Translations under genes and position numbers: made by a program
The notes under the pieces: generated by a model
The model's database searches: none
What the model was told of the DNA's origin: nothing
What the model saw: the letters and a program-made list of their open reading frames with translations, nothing else
Shown: piece by piece, positions 24,649 through 35,609 of the stretch
Layout of the letters: each line of letters starts with the position of its first letter
How positions within the stretch are numbered: position 1 is the first letter of the stretch
Assembly: GCA_032718475.1 (NCBI GenBank)
Contig: JAUCBJ010008071.1
Coordinates: 19,829 to 83,828 of the forward strand
DNA from: Nemertoderma westbladi
Taxonomy: Eukaryota; Animalia; Xenacoelomorpha
Length of the DNA: 64,000 nucleotides
Reading direction: 5' to 3'

Positions 24649-27600
24649 ATGTCTGACACCCAGCAAAACCTGTCAGACAGTCTAATCGATACAACCATCT
24701 GTGACACAGATAGGAGTGTGGAGCGATTAAGAAAGGAGTTCAGCTCACCTCCTACTGAAAGAAAGGTCATCCCTCCAGTAGTAGTATCAGACCCTAAGCT
24801 AATCCAACACCGTAGGTCTATCATCGGCACTCGGGCCCAAGTCAAACGGAACCAGGAAGCAGCTGTCCAACAGCAGCAACATCCTAGTCAAGAAACTTGT
24901 TCCCAGCGATCCGATAGCTCCAGTAGTTCGGATACTGTAGAGCTGACCCCCGAACGCGGAGTGCAGATGGCGGCTACAGCCTACTCGGATCCCCTTCTCA
25001 CCCTTCCTGCCGCAGTGCTAACTACTATATTGATTGCGGTGGAGGAACATCAAGCCGATTGGGCGAGAAGTAAGCGAGCGACCCAAGATAGTTATGCGGG
25101 ATACGCCAGGGAAGAATTGATGTCTATTGTCGAGTCACAATGGAACTTTCCCGGACCCGGACTCCCGTTAGATTTGTCCGAAGCTACTTGGGAAGATATA
25201 CACAGGATGGGAGTGACTAAAGATACAATGGATCCAGCTGTTTGGAAGAGGTCGGCAGCAGGATATGTGCAGGGATTCTTCGGCTCCTTAGAGCGATTGG
25301 AAGAACAACTGTTTCGACAACCCCAAGGACCTCAAGAGCAGGAAGAGCTGCTATATCAAGTACGCGAAAGAACCCTACGCATTAGACTAATCCTATCAGC
25401 CTTTGAGGAAACTTCCAAAAGAAGACAGGACACGTCGCTGCAGGTTGCTGTCAAAACTTGGTTCCAGCGGGTAGGTATCAAAGTACAAGAAACGGCCCAG
25501 TGGAAATCCCAGCTGGCTGAGAGACTAACCTATGAAGAACCAACCGATGCCACCCTTTCTCAAGTGGAAAGCGAAGTGACCGCAGAGAGACCACGAACGA
25601 GAGACGCCATCGACATTTATCTGTCCGACTATCAGCGATTCCTAGGAGACGAAGAGTTGAGGAGACGGCTGTCTGGACTTTCCCCTAATAGTGAAGGAAC
25701 CCAGCTTGTGTTGGACTCAATCGATGCTGAAATGTTAGCTGCAAACCAAGCTAAATTTGATGAAAAACTTCGCCTCGCTAGAGTCCAGGAAGAAGAAGTA
25801 AAGAAAAGGCGGATAGAGGACCGAAAAGCAGCGGCAATCGCAGAAGCAGAAGCGGAAAGAAAGGAGGCAGCGGCAATGGCAGAAGCAGAAGCAGAAAGAA
25901 AGGCGGCAAAGGCAATCGCAGAAGCAGAAGCGGATAGAAAGGAGGCAGCGGCAATGGCAGAAGCAGAAGCAGAAAGAAAGGCGGCAAAGGCAGTAGCAGA
26001 AGCAGAACGGAGAGCGTCTGAGGAGACCACACAACTGGAGTTGGAAAATCTTCAAGAGACGCAAGACAACATAAATAAACAGTTAACTGCTAGTCACATG
26101 CAGATGATGAGAAGATCTACTCCCAAACGCCAGGGATACACATCATCGGAGGAAAGCGAAACCACCGATCCTGAAGGCGGAGGAAATAGATCTCGTCTAA
26201 GCAGGCGTAGAAAAACATCTCACCGTCACAAATTGCCTGATTTGCCCCCAGCTGTTAGAAGACAACTAGCTAGCACAGACTTAAGTAGTATAGAACCTAC
26301 AGACCAAATTATTAAGATCAAAAAACTCCCTACTATAGTTGATGAGCCTGAAATAATTAGGCCTGTCGTTCCCAAAGTCACTCCTGTGCTAGAGACCCCT
26401 GTACTTCCAGAGCTTAACTCTAAATTCCCTTTACACAGTACTACACTGCCTGTACCCGGTAGAACAGTCCATGAGAATATCCCTGTCCTGGAAGCTGAGA
26501 GAGAAATCAAAGATTTGTCTCCTGTCGTCCCGCGTCAGCCCGCTACAATGTTGGCGACTCCCGCTTCGGCGGTCGAGTGGGTAGAGGAGGGACGGCGGGG
26601 GATGAATCTCCTGCTCGGACAGATGCAGGAGACTGTCCACCAACTTAAGGGAACCGTAAGGGAAGGTAGGGCAGAATTGCAAGAAGTGCAGCAAAGTATC
26701 GCGCTAGAACGCGACAAATTAGTCAATATACAAAAAGGTATACCAATACCCCCTGTAAAATTGTGTCAACCTGTTAGGTCTGAAGTATTACATGCGCAAA
26801 GTGTGGAGCCTACACGCATCTATACTGCTAGTGAAGTAGAAACTCCTATAGCAAACCCTATTAAGGGTGATTATAGACCTGTTGTGGATGATATTCCCTA
26901 TAGACCTGATAATGATCCGAGAAATTTATATACCGATAATTCGATATTAAATAACACGATGGCCCAAGAAAGCTTTACGCGTCAGATGGCTAGAACAGAA
27001 GCCCGCCAAGCGGTCAAAGTGGGAGAGATCGTCAAATTCAATGGAGATGAGATGAAATGGTTACCTTTCAACGAATATTACAAAGACAGCATACAGAACT
27101 CTGTGCTATCTAACGGAGAGAAACTTAGGTTCCTCATCAAGTGCTTGGAAGGACCTCCCAAGTTAATGGCGTTAAAGTTTATTGGACATCCAGAAGGATT
27201 AAGACAAGTTTGGGATACATTAAACATCAGGTATGGTAACAAGGATAACATAGCTAAGTATTTGTATGCAAAATTAGTAGCCCCCCGAAACTTCCTTAGT
27301 AGCGGGATTATAGAGTTTTCCGATGAGATTCAGGAGATTTGTAGACAATTGGACTGGTTAGGTAAGTCTCATGAATATCAGAGTTCCATGGTTATTGGAG
27401 CAGTAGTCTCTACTTTACCAAAGGGTGGAGTATGTACACGCTGGGACAAGAAAGTGTTGTATATGAGTGAGCAGCAACGACGAAGCCCTACCATGGCTGA
27501 TCTCATGTCCTTCTTAGATGGTGAAGTAAAACTACAACTCATCAAGCAGTCCAGAGAGAAAACATCGGAAAATAAGGTAAGTGAGAAACCCGCTTCTAGG

Positions 27601-28293
27601 AGAAGAGTAACACCAGTGTGTTACACTGACGACGGCGAAAGCCAAGCTTCTCAAGAAGAGGACAGCGGGAAAGACACTGACAAATTTTACTACGTTAACA
27701 AAACCCCAAAAGACGTAAGTAAATACAAGGCTCGAACCAACGTTAGGAGAGAACAGGTTGCCAAGACCCCTCCTCAGTCTCCTAACAGAATGCACGGAAG
27801 AAAGCCCGAAGAAAGAACGAGAGTGCATCAGGTTACCCAAGGTAAAGTGAGTAACATAAAACCTAACTGTGCGCTGTGCGACGGGACCCACCGTTTGAGT
27901 GCGTGTGCTGAATTTCTAAAGAAATCCCTTGTAGACAGACGTGCAGTCGTGTGGGATAAGCGGTTATGCTATAATTGCCTCAGACCAGGACACCAACGGC
28001 GAACCTGTTACTCCGACGTAAAGTGTGCAAAGTGTAGCGCGAAACATCACATCTTGTTACACAGTGAGTTCGAACGAGACAACCCGAGTCAGGTAAGTGA
28101 GCCCGAACTACATGTCCAATTCAGTGATGTAAACGACACTGATCAAGAATCTGAGATGGAAGGATTCTATACTGACGAATTCTCCGACGCCAACGAATCC
28201 TGTTATCTAATCAATACCGCAGTGTATCGAGCACTTACTTATGAAAAGGACACCGTTTCAGGAGAACAGCAAAATAGCAGTGCTAGTGACTAG
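24649..28293 (+). CDS. gag: BEL/Pao gag
   Basis: AEAEAERK coiled-coil repeats; IVKFNGDEMKWLPF...LSNGEKLRFLIKCLEG (DUF1759-like); BEL-type knuckles CALCDGTHRLSAC, CYNCLRPGHQRRTC, CAKCSAKHHILLH. The true frame probably shifts at 28233-28241. Confidence 0.9.
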   Translation: MSDTQQNLSDSLIDTTICDTDRSVERLRKEFSSPPTERKVIPPVVVSDPKLIQHRRSIIGTRAQVKRNQEAAVQQQQHPSQETCSQRSDSSSSSDTVELTPERGVQMAATAYSDPLLTLPAAVLTTILIAVEEHQADWARSKRATQDSYAGYAREELMSIVESQWNFPGPGLPLDLSEATWEDIHRMGVTKDTMDPAVWKRSAAGYVQGFFGSLERLEEQLFRQPQGPQEQEELLYQVRERTLRIRLILSAFEETSKRRQDTSLQVAVKTWFQRVGIKVQETAQWKSQLAERLTYEEPTDATLSQVESEVTAERPRTRDAIDIYLSDYQRFLGDEELRRRLSGLSPNSEGTQLVLDSIDAEMLAANQAKFDEKLRLARVQEEEVKKRRIEDRKAAAIAEAEAERKEAAAMAEAEAERKAAKAIAEAEADRKEAAAMAEAEAERKAAKAVAEAERRASEETTQLELENLQETQDNINKQLTASHMQMMRRSTPKRQGYTSSEESETTDPEGGGNRSRLSRRRKTSHRHKLPDLPPAVRRQLASTDLSSIEPTDQIIKIKKLPTIVDEPEIIRPVVPKVTPVLETPVLPELNSKFPLHSTTLPVPGRTVHENIPVLEAEREIKDLSPVVPRQPATMLATPASAVEWVEEGRRGMNLLLGQMQETVHQLKGTVREGRAELQEVQQSIALERDKLVNIQKGIPIPPVKLCQPVRSEVLHAQSVEPTRIYTASEVETPIANPIKGDYRPVVDDIPYRPDNDPRNLYTDNSILNNTMAQESFTRQMARTEARQAVKVGEIVKFNGDEMKWLPFNEYYKDSIQNSVLSNGEKLRFLIKCLEGPPKLMALKFIGHPEGLRQVWDTLNIRYGNKDNIAKYLYAKLVAPRNFLSSGIIEFSDEIQEICRQLDWLGKSHEYQSSMVIGAVVSTLPKGGVCTRWDKKVLYMSEQQRRSPTMADLMSFLDGEVKLQLIKQSREKTSENKVSEKPASRRRVTPVCYTDDGESQASQEEDSGKDTDKFYYVNKTPKDVSKYKARTNVRREQVAKTPPQSPNRMHGRKPEERTRVHQVTQGKVSNIKPNCALCDGTHRLSACAEFLKKSLVDRRAVVWDKRLCYNCLRPGHQRRTCYSDVKCAKCSAKHHILLHSEFERDNPSQVSEPELHVQFSDVNDTDQESEMEGFYTDEFSDANESCYLINTAVYRALTYEKDTVSGEQQNSSASD

Positions 28294-29557
28294 CTGTCCA
28301 CCTGGTGAAATACTGGATATAAATATTGACGTTAGATTTATTATTTACCTTCTTATGTTTATGAGGGGGGGGGGGGGGGGGGGGGGGGGTAGTGGTGCAA
28401 GGACTTGGATTGTGGATTATACTTAAATTATAATTAGATTTAAAATTAGAATGACATAAATACATATTTTTCGTGCAGAGTGCCAAAGAGACTCACCCGG
28501 GTGAGACAAAAAGGAAGCGTGACCCCGCGCCCGGGTGAGACAAAAATGGAGAGTGTCCCCTCGCCGGGTGTGACAAAATGAAGCGTGACCCCGCGCCCGG
28601 GTGAGACAAAAATTAAGCGTGACCCCGCGCCCGGGTGAGACAAAAAATGAAGCGTGACCCCGCGCCCGGGTGAGATAAAAATGGAGAGTGACCCCTCGCC
28701 GGGTGTGACAAAATGAAGCGTGACCCCGCGCCCGGGTGAGACAAAATGAAGAGTGACCCCTCGCCGGGTGAGGCAAAAATGAAGCGTGCCCCACGCCCGG
28801 GTGAGACAAATAATTAAGCGTGGCCCCGCGCCCGGGTGAGACAAAAGATGAAGCGTGGCCCCGCGCCCGGGTGAGACAAAAATGGAGAGTGACCCCTCGC
28901 CGGGTGAGACAAAAATGAAGCGTGACTCCAAGCCAGGGTGAGACAAACAAATTATGAGTTGTAAGGGACAAATATCTATATATAAATATTTCAGTTTAAT
29001 AAGAACAATTTTAATTTATTTAAAAATAAAGATTTGCTTGTGATTGAACGAAGTTCAGAATTTAGACTGTTCCACATTAACGATCCTTGAAGAGCCAGTG
29101 ATTGATGAGCCACATTGAGTCGAACTCTAGGTAACCTATATAAACCTGATGCTGCTGAGCGTGTGTTATGAGAATGTATATCACTAAATTTTGTAAACAA
29201 ATGGGATAAAGAACCAGGAACATTATGGTTTATATCATACATTAGTTTACAAACTTGGTATTTATATAACTTCTCTAGAGGTAACACCTTTAGTTGGCGG
29301 TACAGGGGTAGTGAGGATGTACGGTAGTGACTAAATGTAATTACTCGTAAAATTTTATTTATTTTTGTCCTTATAGGCTTTAAAATTGAGTCACACGCAG
29401 CCCCCCAAACAATTAAGCCATAATTAGTAAGAATTCATAATTATTGAATTCACAATTATAATATGTAATATAATAATATATGTATAATATAATATATAAT
29501 TATAATAATGGAATATATGGAATATTATATATATAATATGAATTCACAATTCATGAA
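28292..29557. mobile_element. ~1.27-kb composite insertion in the BEL protease N-terminus: poly-G, a ~35-bp CCCGGGTGAGACAAAA tandem array (28494-28945) and a minus-strand CR1/L2-group LINE 3' fragment (~28990-29425)
   Basis: Separates ..SKIAVLVT from VRVHGPNKSYIVNALLDSGS; the LINE piece reads HSHNTRS..LYRLPRVRL..SLALQGSLMWNSL. Boundaries approximate. Confidence 0.7.
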
Positions 29558-29560
29558 TAC

Positions 29561-30109
29561 GTAAGAGTTCACGGTCCTAACAAAAGTTACATAGTGAACG
29601 CACTCCTTGACTCCGGCAGCACAGGAACATTCATCGATCAAGAACTAGCCGAAGATATCTTTGCTGGACAACCCAAATTCCGGACTAAATTGAACATGTC
29701 AGGAATTATGCAGGATTGGAAATCTACCCTAACGGCAGACTACTATGTAGGTGTGTTGTCCACCCCCCCAGGATAAATTAGGAGCACAAGGTATAAGGTC
29801 GGTAAAAATGGTGGCTATAAAGAACTTCGCTACTACTCAAGCAGACCTTTATAATTGGGACGAGGATGAGAGCATCCAACATCTTAAGATACCTCGATTC
29901 CAGACAGATTATCCTGGAGGTGCAAATACTCATCGGCCAAAATGCGCATGAGGCGCTCGAGACATTGGAGAAACGGCCTGCTCAACCGCAGCCACTGCAA
30001 ACCTATGCGGTAAGAACTAGAGTAGGTTGGTACTTTACTGGCCCTTCCCGCAGAACTCTCGAAGAGAGAATGCCACAAGAACGAATATAACCAAGTAAAC
30101 GATGGGGAA
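29561..30109 (+). pseudogene. BEL aspartic protease region with three +1 frameshifts
   Basis: ALLDSGSTGTFI active site, then EVQILIGQN and YAVRTRVGWYFTGP in successive +1 frames (C7 run 29763-29769; CAGACAGA 29901-29908; ~30060-30090). Confidence 0.85.
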
Positions 30110-33100
30110 GTGGAGAGCAGTGAGGTGGACGAACTAACTGAGGGAACACCATACTCCTCAGATAATGACGACATCTACCAACTCTTCGATGAAGAGAACA
30201 CCATCGACCTACTTACAGAAAACAAAACGTGGAAAAATCAGGTGAACCTATGTCAACTGATTCGCCCATCGGAACCCATTGATTACAATGACGAACTAAA
30301 TGACGAGATAGAGCGCTACAACGCTAGAACTCGGGACGAACTAGCCGTACGATTCTTTACTCAAGAACTGGTAGAGCCCAATTCATACGATAAGGCTCTA
30401 TCGATAGAAGAAGAAAGAGCCAAGCAAATCCAGGAAACAACTACACGTTTTTTAAAGGACCAAGGTAGATATGAAATCAGCCTACCATTTCGAAAACGAG
30501 AACCTAGATTTATAAATAACAGACCCTTGGCAGAGAAAAGAATCGCTCAATTACATCGACGCCTTACGGCTAATGCTTCAGCTAAAGAAATGTACCAAAC
30601 TCAGTTGAAGAAATTTATAACAAAGGGATACGCGGAGCGAGTACCGGAAGGAACACCAGTGACTGAGAGAACGTATTACTTAACACATCATTACGTTCCC
30701 AAACCCGGTAAACCCCATGAAGTACGAGTCGTATTCGATGGCTCTGCTCTATATATGGGCCAATCCCTCAATTCCGAGTTGTTACCAGGACCCAACTTAC
30801 TCCAATCCTTGTTGGGAATACTTTTAAGATTAAGACAATATTCCATCGCGTTCGCCTCCGATATAGAAGGAATGTTCTTACAAGTCAAGGCGCTGGATAG
30901 AGATAGAGACAGTCTGAGATTTCTGTGGTGGCCTGAAGGAGACCTCAACCAGAAACCGGTAGAGTACTGGATGACCATCCAGGCTTTTGGGATCATATCA
31001 AGCCCTTCCAACGCCTGCTCCGTGGTGCGAACCACTGCGAATGACAACCGAGACGCCTTCTCCAAAGAGGTGATAGACAACATCAAACGTAATATATACA
31101 TGGACGACAATTTAAGGTCCCTTCCATCAGTAGAAGAAGCCATAGATGTCGCGAAAGGAACGGTAGAGTGTTTGAAAAGAGGTGGATTTCGACTGACGAA
31201 ATTCACCAGCAACTCCCGTGAGTTTCTGGAAGCGATACCGGTAGAAGACCGAGGAGCGAAAGACCTAGACTTAATAAAGGACGATCTTCCTGAAACCAAG
31301 ACGCTTGGCTTGAAGTGGGACACTGAAAGAGACATCCTGTTTTTTCAGCTAAAACAGCGAGATAATCCAGTTCGGACCAAACGGATTTGTTTAAGTATCC
31401 TGAGCACTTATTTCGACCCATTGGGATTTATTAGCCCAGTTATATTGATTGCTCGGAGTTTAGTACAACAAATGTGGCTTGAAAACCACTCATGGGACGA
31501 TCCGCTTAAGGGAGAACTGTTGAAGAAATGGATGAAATGGGAAGATTCTCTACCGGCCATCGAGAACTTTATAATTTCCCGTGCATATTTTGGTCATGTT
31601 CTTCCTACGTATTCCTATCAACTCCATGTGTTTGGAGACGCCAGCGACATGGGAATAGGTATAGTAGCATATCTGCGAGTCGAAACTCCGGATGGAATCA
31701 AAGTCGCCTTGGTTACCTCTAAGGCATTGATTAACAACAAGTTAAAGGTTCCTCGAGCGGAGTTAAAGGCGGCTTTATACGCTACAGCCATCGGCCGGAA
31801 CGTAACAGAACAAATCGACTATCCACTGGAGAAAACGGTTTATTGGACCGACGCTTTACTCGTGTTGGAGTATCTAACCAATGAAGTCTGTCAGTTCAGC
31901 GTTTTTGTTACTAACAGGGTAGCTATTATTCTTAGTCGCACAAAGATAGATCAATGGAGACATTGTCCTGGTACGATTAATCCAGCCGATATCGCCTCCA
32001 GGGGAGCAACTCCACAGGAACTGATAGATACTCCAGATTGGTTGGGTGGACCCGACTTCCTGAGCAAGGAAGAGGATGAATGGCCTCCTCACCTTACTAC
32101 GGCGGAGATTAGACAAGCCAAGGGAGCGGAGACAGTCAAACCTAAAACCCGGGCGAGTAAATCGAAGTTATTTAAACCGACGATCGATCTATCTGTATTA
32201 CATACTTCCGGGAATGATGCTTCGGATCCACAATCCCTCGACACAAATAAGTCTGTTGTGGAAATTAGAGATAGAGATTGGAAATCTGGAATACCAGACA
32301 TCTCGCAAGGAATCTCACCCCTGCTGCAGAGAGCAATGCATCACTACAGTTCCTGGAATCGGCTCTGTAAGGCCGTCACGTATTTAAGGAGATGTTTTCA
32401 TCATCACTACTCCAGGACGAAGACAATTAGTGATACCGCTCCATTGACATCTGCGCAAGTTCATGTTATTAAAAATTTACCCAAATATAAGACATCCGAC
32501 CGGTTTCTAAAGGAGAAAATTAGTCACCAGGAGCATGAAGAAACAAATAAGCAGATACTGAGACTCCTGCAATGCTATGAGGATTCCGATAAGTATTTCC
32601 TGTTGTTGAGAAATCCGCAGATGCGCTTAAGGGATCGATTCTCTAGCACAATGATAGATGGGTTAATACGTGTTGGAGGAAGGCTCACCAATGCGCCATT
32701 ATCCTTTGACACTAAATTCCCTATACTCATTAGAAATCTTGAAGTACAAATCAAGATGATTGTAGATGTTCACAGTAAACTTTATCATGCTGGTAGAGAA
32801 CGAGTTCTTCGTGAAATTCGAACTCGCTATTATTTTGATAAACCCCGTAGAGCTCTGAACCAAGTTCTTAGGAACTGCATACCCTGTAGGAAAGCATTCA
32901 GTAGGCCTTTAACACAGCGAGAGGCAGAATTACGTAGGGAACGAGTAAGCTTCTATGAACCACCTTTTACTAATACTGGTGTAGATTTATTTGGCCCTAT
33001 TGAAGTATATCGTGCTAGGACTATAGTCAAGAGATGGTGTGTCATCTTCGTATGCATGACTTGTAGAGCCATCCATCTCGATATGGTGAACGATCTATCT

Positions 33101-33982
33101 ACCAACAGCTTCGTCTTAAGTTTACGCCGACAGATCGCTCGCTTCGGGACGAGTAATACCATGAGATCGGATAAGGGAACGAATTTCATTGGTGCCAATA
33201 ACGAAATACAGGCTTACGTGAAGGACTGGAACCAAAGACAGGTGGACGATCAGCTAAGGATAACAGCGTCTAGCTGGACCTTCAACGCCGCCGACGCCCC
33301 TTGGTGGGGAGGAAGTTGGGAGAGATTAATTAGAAGTGTCAAGACTGCATTTCACTTTATAGTGCCATGCCGCGCGTATCTCACCGACGAACTTTTGCGG
33401 ACATTAATGGAGGAAATAGCTGCCTATCTCAACGAGAGACCGCTTATGCCAGTCTCATCGAGTCCCGATTCCCTGGAAGCGCTAACACCCGCGCACTTCC
33501 TACTGAAGAAACCTGTAGCCATGGTCCCACGATCGGAGATTGCCGACGGAGACGAATACTGCCGCCGAACTTGGCAACTTATGCAGTTGCTATCCCGTCG
33601 TTTCGCTGACCATTTCGAGAAACATTATCTGCCCACGCTACAACTTCGAACTAAGTGGTTTGCGCAGCAAGAAAACGTCAGCGCCAGAGATATGGTGCTT
33701 ATTGTAGATTCAGACCTCCCACGTAAATGGTGGCAGACAGGTCGTATCATCGAGACTCACATCTCGGATGATGGTTTAGTACGCTCGGTAGAACTCGTCG
33801 TCATGCGGCGTAACTTCAAGAAGCCAGGCATAATCTTTGAGACGCAACAACTCAACCGCCCAGTTGGTCGTTTATGTTTACTGGAAAGAGACAGAGAACT
33901 CTCCGGAAACTATGGAAGGCAAGACACTCTTCCCACGATCACCTCCCTAATTCCTCAAATATCTAGGGACTCCCCAACGTGA
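30110..33982 (+). CDS. pol: BEL/Pao pol: RT, RNase H and integrase
   Basis: RVVFDGSA, SLNSELLPGPNL, DIEGMFLQV, LRFLWW, YMDD; RH FGDAS, PRAEL, WTD; IN H..H..C..C, GVDLFGP, SDKGTNF, WERLIRSVK. Confidence 0.95.
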   Translation: MESSEVDELTEGTPYSSDNDDIYQLFDEENTIDLLTENKTWKNQVNLCQLIRPSEPIDYNDELNDEIERYNARTRDELAVRFFTQELVEPNSYDKALSIEEERAKQIQETTTRFLKDQGRYEISLPFRKREPRFINNRPLAEKRIAQLHRRLTANASAKEMYQTQLKKFITKGYAERVPEGTPVTERTYYLTHHYVPKPGKPHEVRVVFDGSALYMGQSLNSELLPGPNLLQSLLGILLRLRQYSIAFASDIEGMFLQVKALDRDRDSLRFLWWPEGDLNQKPVEYWMTIQAFGIISSPSNACSVVRTTANDNRDAFSKEVIDNIKRNIYMDDNLRSLPSVEEAIDVAKGTVECLKRGGFRLTKFTSNSREFLEAIPVEDRGAKDLDLIKDDLPETKTLGLKWDTERDILFFQLKQRDNPVRTKRICLSILSTYFDPLGFISPVILIARSLVQQMWLENHSWDDPLKGELLKKWMKWEDSLPAIENFIISRAYFGHVLPTYSYQLHVFGDASDMGIGIVAYLRVETPDGIKVALVTSKALINNKLKVPRAELKAALYATAIGRNVTEQIDYPLEKTVYWTDALLVLEYLTNEVCQFSVFVTNRVAIILSRTKIDQWRHCPGTINPADIASRGATPQELIDTPDWLGGPDFLSKEEDEWPPHLTTAEIRQAKGAETVKPKTRASKSKLFKPTIDLSVLHTSGNDASDPQSLDTNKSVVEIRDRDWKSGIPDISQGISPLLQRAMHHYSSWNRLCKAVTYLRRCFHHHYSRTKTISDTAPLTSAQVHVIKNLPKYKTSDRFLKEKISHQEHEETNKQILRLLQCYEDSDKYFLLLRNPQMRLRDRFSSTMIDGLIRVGGRLTNAPLSFDTKFPILIRNLEVQIKMIVDVHSKLYHAGRERVLREIRTRYYFDKPRRALNQVLRNCIPCRKAFSRPLTQREAELRRERVSFYEPPFTNTGVDLFGPIEVYRARTIVKRWCVIFVCMTCRAIHLDMVNDLSTNSFVLSLRRQIARFGTSNTMRSDKGTNFIGANNEIQAYVKDWNQRQVDDQLRITASSWTFNAADAPWWGGSWERLIRSVKTAFHFIVPCRAYLTDELLRTLMEEIAAYLNERPLMPVSSSPDSLEALTPAHFLLKKPVAMVPRSEIADGDEYCRRTWQLMQLLSRRFADHFEKHYLPTLQLRTKWFAQQENVSARDMVLIVDSDLPRKWWQTGRIIETHISDDGLVRSVELVVMRRNFKKPGIIFETQQLNRPVGRLCLLERDRELSGNYGRQDTLPTITSLIPQISRDSPT

Positions 33983-35609
33983 TACGTCTGGAGTGGGTGT
34001 ATGACTATATTGTTTTATCTATTTTTATTATATTTTTATATGCGAACTTTATTATGTACTTTATTATAATCGTTTTTATTCAATTTTATTTAGTAGAAGG
34101 TTATTTTAGATTATTTGGTATATTAGTGCAATATATTAGTGTTTATTACGTAATTACATATATAATATATATTTAGTATGACGGCGAGAAATAATTTTTC
34201 TCTTTCCTTACTGTCCGTATCATATTATAAATACGTGACTACAGTAAGATGAAATGTCCGTACTTATTAAAGTACAATAAAGCCACTACTATATTCAAGT
34301 ATTATTGGTAGGCAGAGTATTAGGAATGCAAAGTTCAGATCCTCGTGTCTCGGCTAAACCAAGCTCTGGGTAGACCTTGGAAACGACTTGCCTCTTCACA
34401 CTGACATTGCTTCGTGCGATATTGCTCTTCTACCTTATATTAAATAATACATATAGTAGCGTGATGTCCATATAACAGTAGCGTAAAACGCAAATAAATC
34501 TGTTAAACCTTTTGACCATCTGTAATTCTAGTCGATTAAGATATCGCGGCACCCACCGATATACTTGAAAGACAAATTCTAGAATCAGTGGTTAACGTCC
34601 CCAGACAAGTTCTGGAATAAATTGGTGCCCATCTTGAATATTAATTTAATATTTATTAAAATCTGTAAAATTCAAATCCTTTAAAATTTCTAGTCAATTA
34701 AGATATCGCAGCACTTACCGATACTCTTAAAAGACAATTTTATAGAATTAGGGATCCTCAGTCCCCAGACATGCTCTGGAATAAAAATTATCATATATAT
34801 TATTTTAACATCAAATAATAAAATTCACGGGAATAAATTTAAATTCATATTTTAAATGAATTTCATAAATTGTCGTTTTGTGCAATTTATAACATTCCCA
34901 AAATTCCATTAATTAATAGATCATGGGAGCGGAGATTCATCCTATTGAGTGTATTAGAGTGCGAGAATCTCCAACATATAGTCAATAGCCGATAAAATTA
35001 ATAAAATCATGCATAAAGAGGATATTGACAATTAAAGAATTACTATTAAATAGCATCCCAGATCTGTATGCATGAGAATTACCCTAATTCTACCGCTAGC
35101 ATTCCATAATGTCACCATAGCAACACCCACGCTAGAATTAGAAGCAAGTTAAGAGAACAATAGAAAGCTTGTCCCATTGCATAGCATAGAGAATACATAG
35201 CACACTGTTAGTATCCAAGGATACACAGTAATAACGTGACATTCTGGAAGGCACTGACTAACGGACAAATGGCCTGTATGTGTACAATTGGTGACAGTTG
35301 TGTGGAATTTGTGCGTTTATAGGTGAATGTTACTGCTAAAGTATGTTTACAGTAGCTAGTCGCAATTGTAAAAGTAGCCCAACTCTCCTATAGAAAGAAC
35401 CTCAAGTGGATCCAAGCCTTTGGGACGGACAGTGGAGTGACTTGTGCCGGTTATCGTTGTCGTGCTGTTGCTACATGTTGGCGTAAACACCGCGACGACG
35501 GTACATCGGCGCTGAGAATCCCACTGTCCGGGGGCAAAGAGAGGTAGGCAGCGACGCCCGCTTGCCTAAACATAAACTCATTTGATATTAATAAACTCAG
35601 ATAGCAGAT

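Noticed and set aside
28286-29565. Insertion in the protease as a spliceosomal intron
   Set aside because: No polypyrimidine tract plus AG at the point where protease homology resumes.
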